Assembly: GCF_001194135.2 (NCBI RefSeq)
Contig: NC_068998.1
Location: forward strand, 54,617,354-54,681,353
Direction: 5' to 3'
Length of the DNA: 64,000 nucleotides
Origin: Octopus bimaculoides
Taxonomy: Eukaryota
The position numbers and the translations under genes are program-made. The notes beneath the pieces were generated by a model that ran no database searches, was not told the DNA's origin, and saw only the letters and a list, made by a program, of their open reading frames with translations. Below, in pieces: positions 51,639 to 63,679 of this stretch (positions are counted from its first letter, which is position 1; each line of letters starts with the position of its first letter).

Positions 51639-53512
51639 CTCTAGATTACATTATCCAATATTTTTTAGAAAATGATAATGTGCTTTGTAGGGATTTGGTG
51701 ATATTCTGGAGACCCATTGACAGGCTTCTATAGAATTTCATCCATTAAATTTCACACCCAAGAGTTTGATCAACCCAGACCCAGAGAAGACGAAACTTGC
51801 TTAAAGTGTGCATAGTGGGATCAAACCCCAAAGCACACAGTTGCGAAGTGATCTTCTTAACCATACCAACACCTTGCCAACACCCATAATACCTGATGGA
51901 ATCTGAAGGAAGTCCATTGTGTGTGTGTGAGTGAAAGAGACCGCTACTTGACAACCGGTGTTGGCTTGTTTACATCCCTGTAAGATAACCGTTCAGCAAA
52001 AAAAGACTTTAAATCAAATAAGTATTGTGGTCGATTTTTTTTCCGACTAAACTCTTCATGGCAGTGCCCCAGCATGACCGCAGCCCACTGACTGAAACAA
52101 GTAAAAGATAGATCGATAACGTATGTATGGCTGGCTGGCTGGCTGGATGGGTGTGTGGGTGCGCGTGTGTGTGGAGACACTGATTCTGAATATCAACATT
52201 ATATATTTGAGGAAATCTGAGCTTTATATCAACAGCTATTACAAACTTAACGAAAAACGCACGGGAGAGCCTCAATGTGGTCGCTTAACCTGCTAGAAAG
52301 AGTAGTCAAATCCGCCCTTCAAATTCAATCTGCACTTTAGTACACGGAAGACCCATTTCATAGTGTAGTCATAAATATACTTTGTCCGAAAACAGCTGTC
52401 AAAATAGGTATGGCTGGAGTGTCTTTATAGGTTTCAACTCGATCGGGACTGGTTTGGATATTAAACGATATTTGATGATGCACAACAAAATCTATAGAAT
52501 CTAGAATATCAATAATTATGGCCATGTTTCGGTATTATAATTTGATATTAATTAATTATAAGTTTTACCTAGCATTTTCTGAATAAGGCATACTTTAACT
52601 GCTTCACCATACTACAACATGGAATTAAATTCACACAATAAATACAGGCGAAATATTTATCCGAACAATTAATTATACTTAGCTACATTTGACAGAAAAT
52701 AATTTGACAATCAAGATTTAAGATTTTATTCCCGCCTGTTTACGAATTTGAAATGTTAGCCATTAACAACTGTGTTGAATGCAAGAGATCATGTTTATTA
52801 CATAATTATTGAAGTTTGGCGCCTCACACTTAAAAATTATTCGTTATATAGTTTAATATATATTGTAGATAAGAGTAATTTTAAGGATTGAAAAGAATTA
52901 ATAGTTTAATTCTGAGGAATGTGACATGAGCAAATAAAATAAAGCAGATCAGTTATTCTGATATGTGACTTAAGTAAATGTTAGCAGTAGTAGTAGTAGA
53001 CCTTTACTGTTATGGCGCAAGGCCTGAAATTTAGATGGGCGGGGACTAGTCGATTACGTCGGACCCCAGTGATCAGCTGGTACTTATTTTATCACCCCAG
53101 AAAGGGATCAAAGTTAAAGTCGATTTCGATGGAATTTGAACTCAGATCGTTAAGACAGACGAAATGCTGTTTACGCATTTATTTTGTTCGGCGTGCTTAG
53201 CGATTTCGCCAACTGAGATTTAGGATGATAATAAACTATTTACCGCTTAGTCGTCACCTCAAGCTTTATTGTCATTTAATTATTCAAATTTACACGTATC
53301 ATACATGTTACTGTCTATTAGATGAAATTAAATAAATTCGATTAAAATGAAAAGAAAACAAGTGGTGATATGCTTTGATATATTTGTTAGTTAAGTTAGT
53401 TTTGCAAACAGATGGGAATGGAAGTTTCCGGATCGACATTTCAACTGGGACAGCGACAACTCGGAACACTGTAAACATGAGCAATTGATTTAGAAGTGAA
53501 AGAACAACATAC

Positions 53513-53570
53513 CGATTGTTTTTGAAAGTTTTAGCTCATTATTTAGCCAATTACAGAGAATAGCTGTCAT
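53513..53570 (-). CDS. SPEF2: SPEF2 coding exon 1 (MTAILCNWLNNELKLSKTI, 58 nt)
   Basis: ATG at 53570 and donor G|gtatgt. Matches the recalled SPEF2 N-terminus (MSEILCQWLNKELKVS). Phase 1 joins exon 2. Confidence 0.93.
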
Positions 53571-53654
53571 AGTGCTCACAGGTGACAATAATCGTTTTAA
53601 AATTCAATTCTTTAAACACTTGCCAAGGTGGATGGTGGTAGTCAAGCGTCCGGG

Positions 53655-53668
53655 GTTGCCGTAGCAAC
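53655..53668. promoter_or_regulatory. RFX X-box of the SPEF2 promoter
   Basis: GTTGCC GT AGCAAC fits the X-box consensus GTNRCC-N0-3-RGYAAC and lies about 85 nt upstream of the ATG of a ciliary gene. Confidence 0.85.
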
Positions 53669-53690
53669 GCCGGTCAAGGAAACACGTCTT

Positions 53691-53700
53691 CTCATTGGTT
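53691..53700 (-). promoter_or_regulatory. CCAAT (NF-Y) box
   Basis: Minus strand AACCAATGAG fits RRCCAATSRG, about 25 nt upstream of the X-box. Confidence 0.6.
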
Positions 53701-55679
53701 AATATCGGATGGCGCTATTTTATGAAACAACAACTGGAGCGTAAGACTAAAATGTCTCCCCGTAAATAGCTTCGGCTTCCTAGGTACTCAGTTCTAATTT
53801 CAGGTTGAATCAATTTCAATCTTTCAGCTAGTAATGCCGATAAGTATCAGTAATATACAAGATTGTTTAATCGATTATGTTCCTTTATACAATCGATAAT
53901 ATGATTGCGTGACCGATTATACAGACTCCCTCTATAAAAAAAAAAGCTAATTAAAAAGAAATCATTAATCTATAGTTAAGTTAATGCAAACATATTTCAT
54001 TGATTTTTTTTCCCCCTTTTTACAATTTTTATGCCGAAAACATCAAAAAGCTAATAAAAATATTACGAGTTGAAGAAGACACAAATGCGTCGTAATCGCT
54101 CTTTAGATTCAGGAGCTTTATTCAACTCAATAGATAAGCTCTAATACTGAGCTGGTAGACTAAACCAGCTTGTAAAACGTATACCAACACTGTAATATTA
54201 TAAGAAAAACATCCCGACTGTCGGGAGTAAATTAGTTTAACTCTCTTTGTTATTCGAGAAATGCGTCAAACACCATTCCTGTACCAATGGTCAACTATCA
54301 AGGTCTTTATTAATAGAATCTGGAATAACAGTCAAAGCTTAAGAGACTGATTCTGCATTTTGTTCACTATCAATATTTATGTCACTGTTTCTTTGATGTG
54401 TTAGTTACTCTGTTCACCATTTCTTGGATGTGTTAATTATCCTGTTCATTAAGAATTACATCAACATTAATTGTTGCTTGAGGTTTAAATCTAGCTTGCA
54501 ATGTCTCAATATTTCTTCTGCATCGACACTAATCCAAAAAGTTGCCTCAGACATAGTCACTGGTCATCGTATTTGTTTTCCCATCAAAGAAGCCGTCCCC
54601 AAGTGAAGAATTATCCGACTAATGCTCGAATTGTTTACATACTATGAGTCTCCTGGGGATCGTATCATCTTCTGCATTCTCTTCACAAGCACCAATTTTT
54701 GCAAATTTACGAAAACGGTCTGATTAACGAAATCTCTGATAATAACTTTCAATCAGATATCGATAATGTAATAAGAATCTGAACTTTTCAGCGAGAACGT
54801 TTCAAGCAGCTTTTGAGGTCCCGGACAAAGCAAGGCACTGAGGCTTAAAGTGTTAATTGACAGCAGGCCACAACAGACGTAAGATGGCATTGGAACCTAT
54901 ATCTTAAAAAAGGACCACCTTGCGACCATTATACATAACTTAGGGGACGAAATGACGATACTATCACAGTTCTTATATTGCTAAACTTTATTTCTCCGAT
55001 TCCTGGGGGCTTTGCAATGACAGACACTGCGTATGGCCATCTCACTAGATTTTGATTAAAAACATCAAGCCGTTGTTTCTTGTCAATTCTGTTCAGAAGA
55101 TTGTTAGTTCTTGCTATATCAGCACGGTATTGCAACCAATCTTCTCTCATTTGTGTAATCGAGTAGAAATACATTGATAACAGATGAAGCTATTTGTCGA
55201 GGCGTGCTGAATTTATTCAAAGCTGCAGTCGCACGCAATCTTTCATGTTTAGTAAACTTTATTCACACTGAGAAGTCAAACGCTGACATTGAACTTGTAG
55301 CCACGTTAAATAGTTTTGTCGCGTGGGTATTGTTGTTGGGTGGACTGTGGTGGTGACTTGTTGAGTTGATGAATGAAAATATGCTTCTTGGGCTGCGTCA
55401 TGAAGAAGGAACTGAACAATACCCGCGAACATTTAACAGAAGATTTATAATCGTACATAGGGTTTAAACTGTGTTGGCCCTTCACAAATAACAACAGCAA
55501 TAATTACATATTGAGAGAGACATACTGCTTGGAGTTTGCAACAAGCTACAGACAGATGCAGCAAAATGTGGCTACCCCAACGTAACTGGAAACAATTCTG
55601 CTATATACTGTGTGACATCAACAATGTGTGTGTGTATTGGTCAGTAGTTCATATATCCGAAAAGAGATACATTCTAAAA

Positions 55680-56003
55680 CAGGGGCTCTCAATTATTTTT
55701 TGCTTATGAATCCCATTTTATTCTGGTGGATCCCATAGCCATTCTATATTTAAAAACTAGTTTTGTAGAAACTTCTTTCAAAATTCCTGTTTTGTTTCCC
55801 ACCCATTAACTTGTCGGAGGTTGAACTATGTAAAATGTGAGAGAAAGAAACCCAGCTGTTTCTTGCAATACACACCAATATGAGATACGTCTGAAGCAAA
55901 ACTTTTTTCAGGGGCCCTTAGAATATTATTGTGGATCCCCAATTTACTATTTTGTTACTTAGACACCCCAAAACCTTAGATGAACCTCGGTTGAGAAACA
56001 CTA
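55680..56003. mobile_element. hAT (Charlie-like) MITE
   Basis: Ends CAGGGGCTCTCAA and TTGAGAAACACTA. TSD TTCTAAAA/CTCTAAAA (7 of 8). A truncated relative starts at 20421. Confidence 0.75.
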
Positions 56004-56049
56004 CTCTAAAACAGCAGAGCAGCAATATTTAGAAGGTTTTTGGTTATGA

Positions 56050-56234
56050 CCGGTCAGAGAGTGACCATTGGTTACGCACCTATAAAGCGATTAACTGTAT
56101 AGGCGACTCCTCATACTCCAATGAACAGAAGTACATAACCTCTTTACAACTGTCTTTGGTCATTTTAGTCTGACGAGCCGCCAATGCAAGTAAGCGCTTT
56201 ATAGGTGTGAAACCAATGTTCACTTTCTCACCGG
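56050..56234. repeat. Foldback inverted repeat (MITE-like)
   Basis: Arms 56050-56116 and 56168-56234. The outer 40 bp match at 35 of 40 and the inner 26 bp at about 19 of 26. Confidence 0.8.
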
Positions 56235-56259
56235 CATTAACAAACAACCTTTTAAATAC

Positions 56260-56309
<50 letters not shown>

Positions 56310-58009
56310 ATGAAGTGTTCCGTAACCTTTTACATCTTTGACTTCATTAGATGACTCAAGTCTTCATCTTTAAGTTATCATGGCGGAAATCATCAGTTAC
56401 CAAGCTTTTAGCTTCGGTTGAATTTACAAGAATAAAGTCTGATGTTTTTCATTTTTATTTTGGAAAAGAACAAATGCTTCTTCTCAAGAGAACTAACAGC
56501 GTAAAAGAAGCAAAACAGTTGTAACCGAGAATCGGTTTGCTAAGAGATTATTTTCACATTACGGTGCTCTGGTACAAACCAAATAGCACACAAATCGGAA
56601 ACATCTTCCTCCAATATAGATTGATTTATATTTAGATGTAACCAGAGCAAAAGAAGTTAATCAATTCGAGACGATACATTTTCGGAACAAGATTCTCTAT
56701 CAATCTAAAATATATTGATTTCTAACATAGGCACAAGGTATCACTCTAAAATGCATCAAAATTTCGCTATCAAGTTCGTTTTACAAAATAAATAAATAAA
56801 TAAATAAAAAGTCAGACATTTATCTAAGAATTGGAAAAAAATGTCTTGTTTTAAGTTTTATGTAAAGAATGAGGAGACTAGATCAATGCAATAAAGATAT
56901 CAGACCTGAACGAGAATTAAATCGTAGGAGTGACTGGCATTTCTAGCTAGTTCACTTTAATTAGCAGAAGCAGCATGCTCGTACTTCTATTTATAATTCC
57001 ATTTATTCCTTGGATACTGATTTATAGGGATATAAACAGACTCCGATATTCAATGGAGCTTTATTTTATCAACTCCAGAAGAATGAAAGGCACAGTTGAC
57101 GTTAACGAGATGTTACCACAGCGAAAGGGATCCTAACTAAAATGTGTAATGCGTTTTACCCGATATTGTAACAGTTCTGCTAATACAAAATTATTTCTTG
57201 AGTTATGTCATGAGGAATACAGCAACTAGGTCGTATTATTTCCTTTCAATAGTCAGGTTTAACTATAATTTGGTGTCAAATGGCATTTTTCATAAACAGC
57301 TTGCTTCATCCTCACAAACTATAGGTATTGATGAATGGAAGTAGTGCTCTAAGAAAAAATGAAGTCGATAGAATACTTGGGCTTAATGCAAACACATGAC
57401 ATTTGTAAGACATCCAAACAAAGCAACGACGATCTTAAGCAAAGATCTTCCGGTGACATCATCAATAAAGGAAATGGAAAACCAGATTTCCAAAGGGGAG
57501 GGAGTGTTGCAGAAGGAAGCTGGGACAAAGAAACAGGTGATGAACAGTAATTAACCGAGCACACTTTAGCTCATAAATTTGAAATACATCCTTGATCAAT
57601 ACAGCCATTACGATAAACTTGAAACAGAAAGAACATTCGATAGAATATATCGTTCAGACTAAATTCGAGTTAAACATCAGGTTTTGATGAAAATGTTTCG
57701 AATAATAAAAATAAAGTTGAAAGCTGAAATATATTATTGTACATAATGAGTGAGATGATTTACTTTTTTTTTTTAGTAAACATGGAACTATATCGTGTTT
57801 TCTCATGTTTGGTGACCTGGTACAAGATTGCTTGATATGATGACGTAATTTAAAGGAACACTGTCATTCTTACTTCCACTTACAACTAATACATGTTAAT
57901 ATCTTATATTAGCTACTGCTCCGTAATATTTTTAGAAAATTACTGCATGAATACTGCGATAAATATGCCTTATTTAATAGCATATAAGACACTTTTTCGA
58001 AAAAAAAAA

Positions 58010-58680
58010 GTCTCCAAAAAATCAGCACGTAGCATAGGAGATCGGATAGGCAAACACTGGCGGGAACTCAAAGAGGTGAAAAGTTCATCAGTGCTCTACC
58101 AACATGCTCACTTGAAACATAGAGGCTCGGTTAATAACATAGATGTTAAGGTATCATCAACCCATAGAACAGACGCTTAGACAGATTACAGAGGTCACAT
58201 ACATAGTAGTAGATAGACTGAGCCTCAACAGAAAACAAATGGAACGATAACACCCCTCCCCCAACACTACGCAACATGAAGATTAAAGACAGAATGAGAA
58301 AAAAGACACAAATACAAACAGTATAATACATAACCCCCCACACACATATACACACACACACACAAACAGATACAATACTTAAGACAGAATGAGAAAAAAT
58401 AGAGAGATAAATAAATGAAAAAAAAACTAAATAAATAAAGGGCATGGGTTCAAACAGTATAGTAAGCAAACCCATATACACAAAACACAGACGCGCGCAC
58501 AAACGCATGCGCAGATAAGTATACATACCATAGAAAGACTGAATGGACTAAACGGGACAGGAGACACGTGGGATGGAGAGTCGCTGAAGAGGTCACAGGA
58601 CGTGTAACGAAAAATTTTCAGACAAAAATAAATCTGAAGAACGAATATATAGTGCGGGTGTTTATTTCGCAAAAACAAAA
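58010..58680 (+). mobile_element. Penelope-like retroelement 3' relic (GIY-YIG C-terminal half plus 3' UTR with hammerhead)
   Basis: SARSIGDRIGKHWRELKEVKSSSVLYQHAHLKH...KV.STH.TDA, then by frameshift RQITE..YI...SLNRK..WNDN. This is the recalled pattern of PLE endonuclease ends. Confidence 0.7.
58580..58623 (+). ncRNA. Degenerate minimal type I hammerhead ribozyme of a Penelope-like element
   Basis: gtcg-CTGAAGA-ggtcac/gtgtaac-GAAA-aatt-TTC-agac, about 330 nt downstream of a GIY-YIG-like relic. Confidence 0.55.
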
Positions 58681-59147
58681 TGACCGTCCCGAAATATAAC
58701 AAAATGTAGAATAAACTTTATAAAACTTTACTTGCTCTTCTCTATCATTCTACAGAGCACATTTTCATCGGGGACGTAGTCAGGTTCTAAAGTTAACGAG
58801 CGCATAAAAAAATAAAGCGCTGTGACATATACCAAACAATTTTTTAACTCATTGATTATACATTTTATAAATGGCGCCAATTTTGAAAACTGTGTTCAGG
58901 AGGAGCAGTCGGTTCCTTATTCCTCTTTTAGCTACTTCACTGATTCTCATATTAAGAGTATTTGGTAACTAATGGAAGTTAAAAATATCAGGTGGAAGAA
59001 TTCTATCGTATATGTACAATCTGTTTTAATTTATTTAAAAAAGTATAATCTAAATATATCCATCCATTTCCATTTTGGTTAAGACTAAATATATCTTTCC
59101 GGACTTATATTCTTCTATCAGCTTCGGACATTGATTTCCCGCTCTGC

Positions 59148-59200
59148 AGGTCACGTGAAGCAGCAGCCTATAGCAACGGAAACGACAATAAGCTGCGTAG
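59148..59200. promoter_or_regulatory. Candidate second promoter (GTCACGTGA E-box plus X-box half-site ATAGCAAC)
   Basis: Motifs clustered in CpG-rich DNA. Strong plus-strand donor AAG|gtaagt at 59849/59850. No coding exon identified. Confidence 0.35.
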
Positions 59201-60594
59201 CGTGACAACCACTGACCACGTCGCTTCTGTTCAGATCTATCTTTGGTTCTCATTCATTCTTTCTCTTCCTCGTGTCGGAATTCTTATACGTTTATAATAT
59301 ATACTTTTGTCTGAAAAAAAAAAAAAAAAAACTATTCCATTGGAAGCTACTCGTTGTCAACACTGCATTACTTTCTCGTCGTTTTACAATATACAACGCA
59401 CACTGTACATACATACATACATACATACATACGTACATATATATATATATAAATATATATATNNNNNNNNNNNNNNNNNNNNNNNNNNNNNNNNNNNNNN
59501 NNNNNNNNNNNNNNNNNNNNNNNNNNNNNNNNNNNNNNNNNNNNNNNNNNNNNNNNNNNTATATGCACACACTGGAAAAAATACTTTTCCAGCTTCCCTA
59601 GGTTTCTTTCTTTTCTCTCTTTTATTTTTTTAAATCTTTCCTTGGACCTGTTCGTAATCGTCATAGCAGCTGTCGACTGAATAATTAATTCTTATTATTC
59701 CAGTTACTATGCTATAATAACTACTTGATTGTATCTAACTTTGTTTCTAGTCAGTCATTATGGCAGAGATGATAAGTTTTCGGTTGTTATGGAAGTATGT
59801 TACTAGCGGTCGGAGAACTCTGTGGCAGATATTGATCTGACACTCCAAGGTAAGTAGAACAACATATACAAATTTAATTTCTATTTGGTTTATCAACATA
59901 CTCTGGCCATATTAATTTCAACGATAATAAAAATATATATATGTACTATCCATCAGTTTTCCTCCTTTGGTTATTAAATTATGTATTTTCCTTTCTTTTC
60001 TTACGAAGCCAAACTTTAAAGTCCTACTGATCACCTTCGCCGATCGTGTTTTTTATTATTCCTCATACAACAGTCACTGGACAACGGTCAGGGTTGTTTA
60101 TGATGTTTTGTTTGCAAAGTGTAGTCGTAGATATGTTAGTAGTTCTCAGGTTTAGGGCACCAGACCTTAAGCATCTCGCATATAACGAATGTATACCTGG
60201 AAATGAATAACGATGCCACATACATACAGACATCACATGCATACACACACATACATTCATACATACACACACACATACATGTATACTCTTTTACTTGTTT
60301 CAGTCATTTGACTGCGGCCATGCTGGAACACCGCCTTCAGTCGAACAAATCGACCCCAGGACTTATTCTTTGTAAGCCTAGTACTTATTCTATCGGTCTA
60401 TTTTGCCGAACCGCTAAGTTACGAGGACGTAAACACACCAACATCGGTTGTCAATCGACGGTGGTGGTGGTGGGGGACAAGTATGTATATATAACTTTTA
60501 TCTTTTACTTGTCTTAGTCATTAGACTGCTCCATGCATCGACAATTATGTTCCTGAAGAAAAAAAGTTCTCCAAAATTTCCAATTTGTTTTTAC

Positions 60595-60828
60595 NNNNNN
60601 NNNNNNNNNNNNNNNNNNNNNNNNNNNNNNNNNNNNNNNNNNNNNNNNNNNNNNNNNNNNNNNNNNNNNNNNNNNNNNNNNNNNNNNNNNNNNNNNNNNN
60701 NNNNNNNNNNNNNNNNNNNNNNNNNNNNNNNNNNNNNNNNNNNNNNNNNNNNNNNNNNNNNNNNNNNNNNNNNNNNNNNNNNNNNNNNNNNNNNNNNNNN
60801 NNNNNNNNNNNNNNNNNNNNNNNNNNNN
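60595..60828. other. Assembly gap (others at 18383-18393, 27985-27994 and 59463-59559)
   Basis: Runs of N. Confidence 0.99.
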
Positions 60829-62149
60829 CACAAATACTCTTCCTTTTTCATGAAGTATGGAACTTCAAGGGTATCCATTCCAAAACTGGTTTTGTATTAC
60901 AAATCTTAATTTTAGTTTTAGTAGGAATTGCAAAACATTTCATAGTTTCTATCGCATCCTCATGTCTTTCCTGCTTCATCTTTGTGAATCTTAGCATTTT
61001 ACCAGAAACAAATGCCTTATTCTTTCCATCTTCGATATCATATTGATCTTCTGCCCTTATTCTTATCTATTTTAAATCTATTTCTCGCTACTTTACCTAG
61101 AATTCTTCATTTAAAGCACTTCCAATATCACTAATATACATCTTACAATAATCTAGTCTCATTGGGACTTCAAGGTCACTGAACTTGCAAGAAATAGCAA
61201 CCATATTTTCCTTAAATCATGCTCTACCATCTTCAAAAAAGTGGGGAGGAAACATTGAATAATGTAGTTCAAGATAGACTGTGTAGAAATAAAGACGACT
61301 TAAACTTTTAGACCCCATGCCACATTATTGAGTTTAACACAAAACTTCGTTGAAAGGATTTTTATTTTCTAGAAAAATAACTTCATTGAGAAAATATTTA
61401 AAATTATTTGATGAAATTTTTCTGTAAGTGCTTTGTTTAGCCCCAGGTCATCAATGATTGATCAAAAACCTAAGGATTAAAAGACATTCGCTTGTTTAAT
61501 ATCCCGTCTCTTTTCTATATTAGGGACTCCTTTGTTTCTTAAAGATTGTAGGATATCATTTGAATAATTGGCTGCTGCTTGAAGTTCTTTTTGTGATATT
61601 TTGGTGTTGTGTGTGGTTAGAAAATTAATTACAAATGTAACCATGTCATTAAGGAGACAACAATTATTAGATTAACTGAATCATTAAACCATTCAACAAA
61701 ATTCTATGCGGTCTTAAGTTACAGCCATTTATGTTCTGAGTTGAAATCACACCGAAGTGAACTTAGTCTTTCATCCTCGCGGGGGGGTCACTAATATAAA
61801 ACATTGGGATTGACTTATATTCTTAGACCACATCGAAGATGTGAATTGATTTATAAGAGAAGGTACAAAGGTTTCATTAGTTTGACAACTATTTGACATA
61901 TTGCTACGAAATCATCTCTACTTTCTGTCCAATTGCATTATAATAAACTGGCAGCCAGCCATTTATAATACGTCTACTTTACACTCGTGCTTTGAATTAT
62001 TAAGATGAACGTTTTAGCCGAATAAAACCATTTCATTCTTAACAATTATTTCACGTCACAGCAATTCTGCTGAAATTCCGAAACAATTATATTCACAATT
62101 TCAACCAGAAAGTACTCTGGGACACGTCTTTCTTCAATGAAACAGAAGA

Positions 62150-62800
62150 ATTAACAATGGAAAATTTTCTTTGATGGGACTTCATCACATACAAACATAG
62201 AGTGGACACAGTAGGAAACCAGATTCTTAAAGTTTCTTGTTGAATTCTCAGACTCAACTGAATAACAACGATTCACTTGGTTCAACTAACAACTTCTCAT
62301 CTTCCCTCTTCAGCCATATTGAAAATTGTATCAACTACAGCATTGCAAAAGTTCCCCTTGATAGCATCCATTAAACAGCAGTATATAATTTTGGAGATTT
62401 CAATTGTAATTGGGAAAACAGTTACTAAGCGAAGAAGACATTGACTCTTATGATACAATTCTAGGTACCCTCATCAGACACTGAAACTAGAAATTGTTAT
62501 CGTTAGGTGAGCATTAACCAAAATACTTGATAAAGATTTCTTGAAAACTTTTCATTAAATTTCGAATGAGCGATCACCTAAGATCAAACTCTGGAAGCTG
62601 TGCAGAGACAAACGGAGACTTACCAACAATGTTTCTCAATGGTTTCAGAAAATGTAGCAAATACAGTCGAACTCCCTTATTAGTGAGCACACAACTGAAT
62701 TTCCAGAGATGAAAATACAATTTTTGTGCTGGTCAAGCAAAGAATGAAACATGTCACAACTGCCAAAATGATTGGATATTTTTCATAAGCCTGTTGTTCA
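62150..62800 (+). mobile_element. Decayed Ty3/Gypsy-like gag
   Basis: FDGTSS...EWTQ*ETRF N-terminal motif and a frameshifted knuckle AKNETCHNCQ/IGYFS*AC (CCHC-like). No LTR or pol seen. Confidence 0.55.
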
Positions 62801-63320
62801 CAAAGATCCACACCATCAACACTTCTAACTAGGACACATCAAGGAAATGGACTTAAAAGCTATTCTCAGTGCGCATGCACACACACACACACAGTTGTCA
62901 AAAATCCAGAAATGAGAAAAACATCTGCCCATATATTAGCTAATAGTGTGGTTTATTATTATTAATATGCTACCCACCCCTCACAGCAGAATGCATTGGG
63001 GCATTTCGTCTGTCTCTACGTTCTCACTTTAAATTCTGCTTAGGTCAACTTTGCTTTTCATCCTTTTAGGGTCAGTACCAGATGAATACTGGGGTTGATG
63101 TAATCAACTAACTCCTTCCCCAACATTTCAGGCTTTGTGCCTATAGTAGGAAGGATTATTATTATTATTATTATCATCATCATCATTTATTTTTTAAATA
63201 TAATATTGTGCTATAGTCTCATTCACCTATTTTTGATGGTTGTTGGACTTAACTCTCTATTTCTGGCAGGAAAGCATTTAGTAATTTAGCTATCATGAGA
63301 CTATCATATAATATTGTATA

Positions 63321-63355
<35 letters not shown>

Positions 63356-63679
63356 TAGTGTATCATATGGTAGTCTAGCCAGTTTGATGGATGAGCAAGT
63401 TTACAAAAATCTCTCCCTCTAAGCCCTGTTTTTTTCATTTTTCTGTATCTCAGACATCTTATATATAGTTATTTATTTGAAAAGACATTTAAATTTGGAC
63501 ATTTATGATTCTTTCTGGGACATGACTTAAAAAGCATAACTTGGGAAGAACATAAAAGTTTATGTTACTCAATTTGTCCCAATGTTTGTGATTTCTCTTT
63601 GCTTTTCCACCAATTGTTTCTAAACTTCACCACTTTTCACAGTTTGATAAAATCTTTATCAGAGAGAAGACAGAATGAC

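Noticed and set aside
57359-57550. 63-aa plus-strand ORF
   Set aside because: No homology recalled and no supporting splice or promoter evidence.
58490-58515. NRF1-like ACGCATGCGCA site
   Set aside because: Lies within the Penelope-like 3' UTR next to CA/CG simple repeats, so it is likely element-derived.
59272-61046. ORFs containing X runs
   Set aside because: Inflated by assembly gaps.
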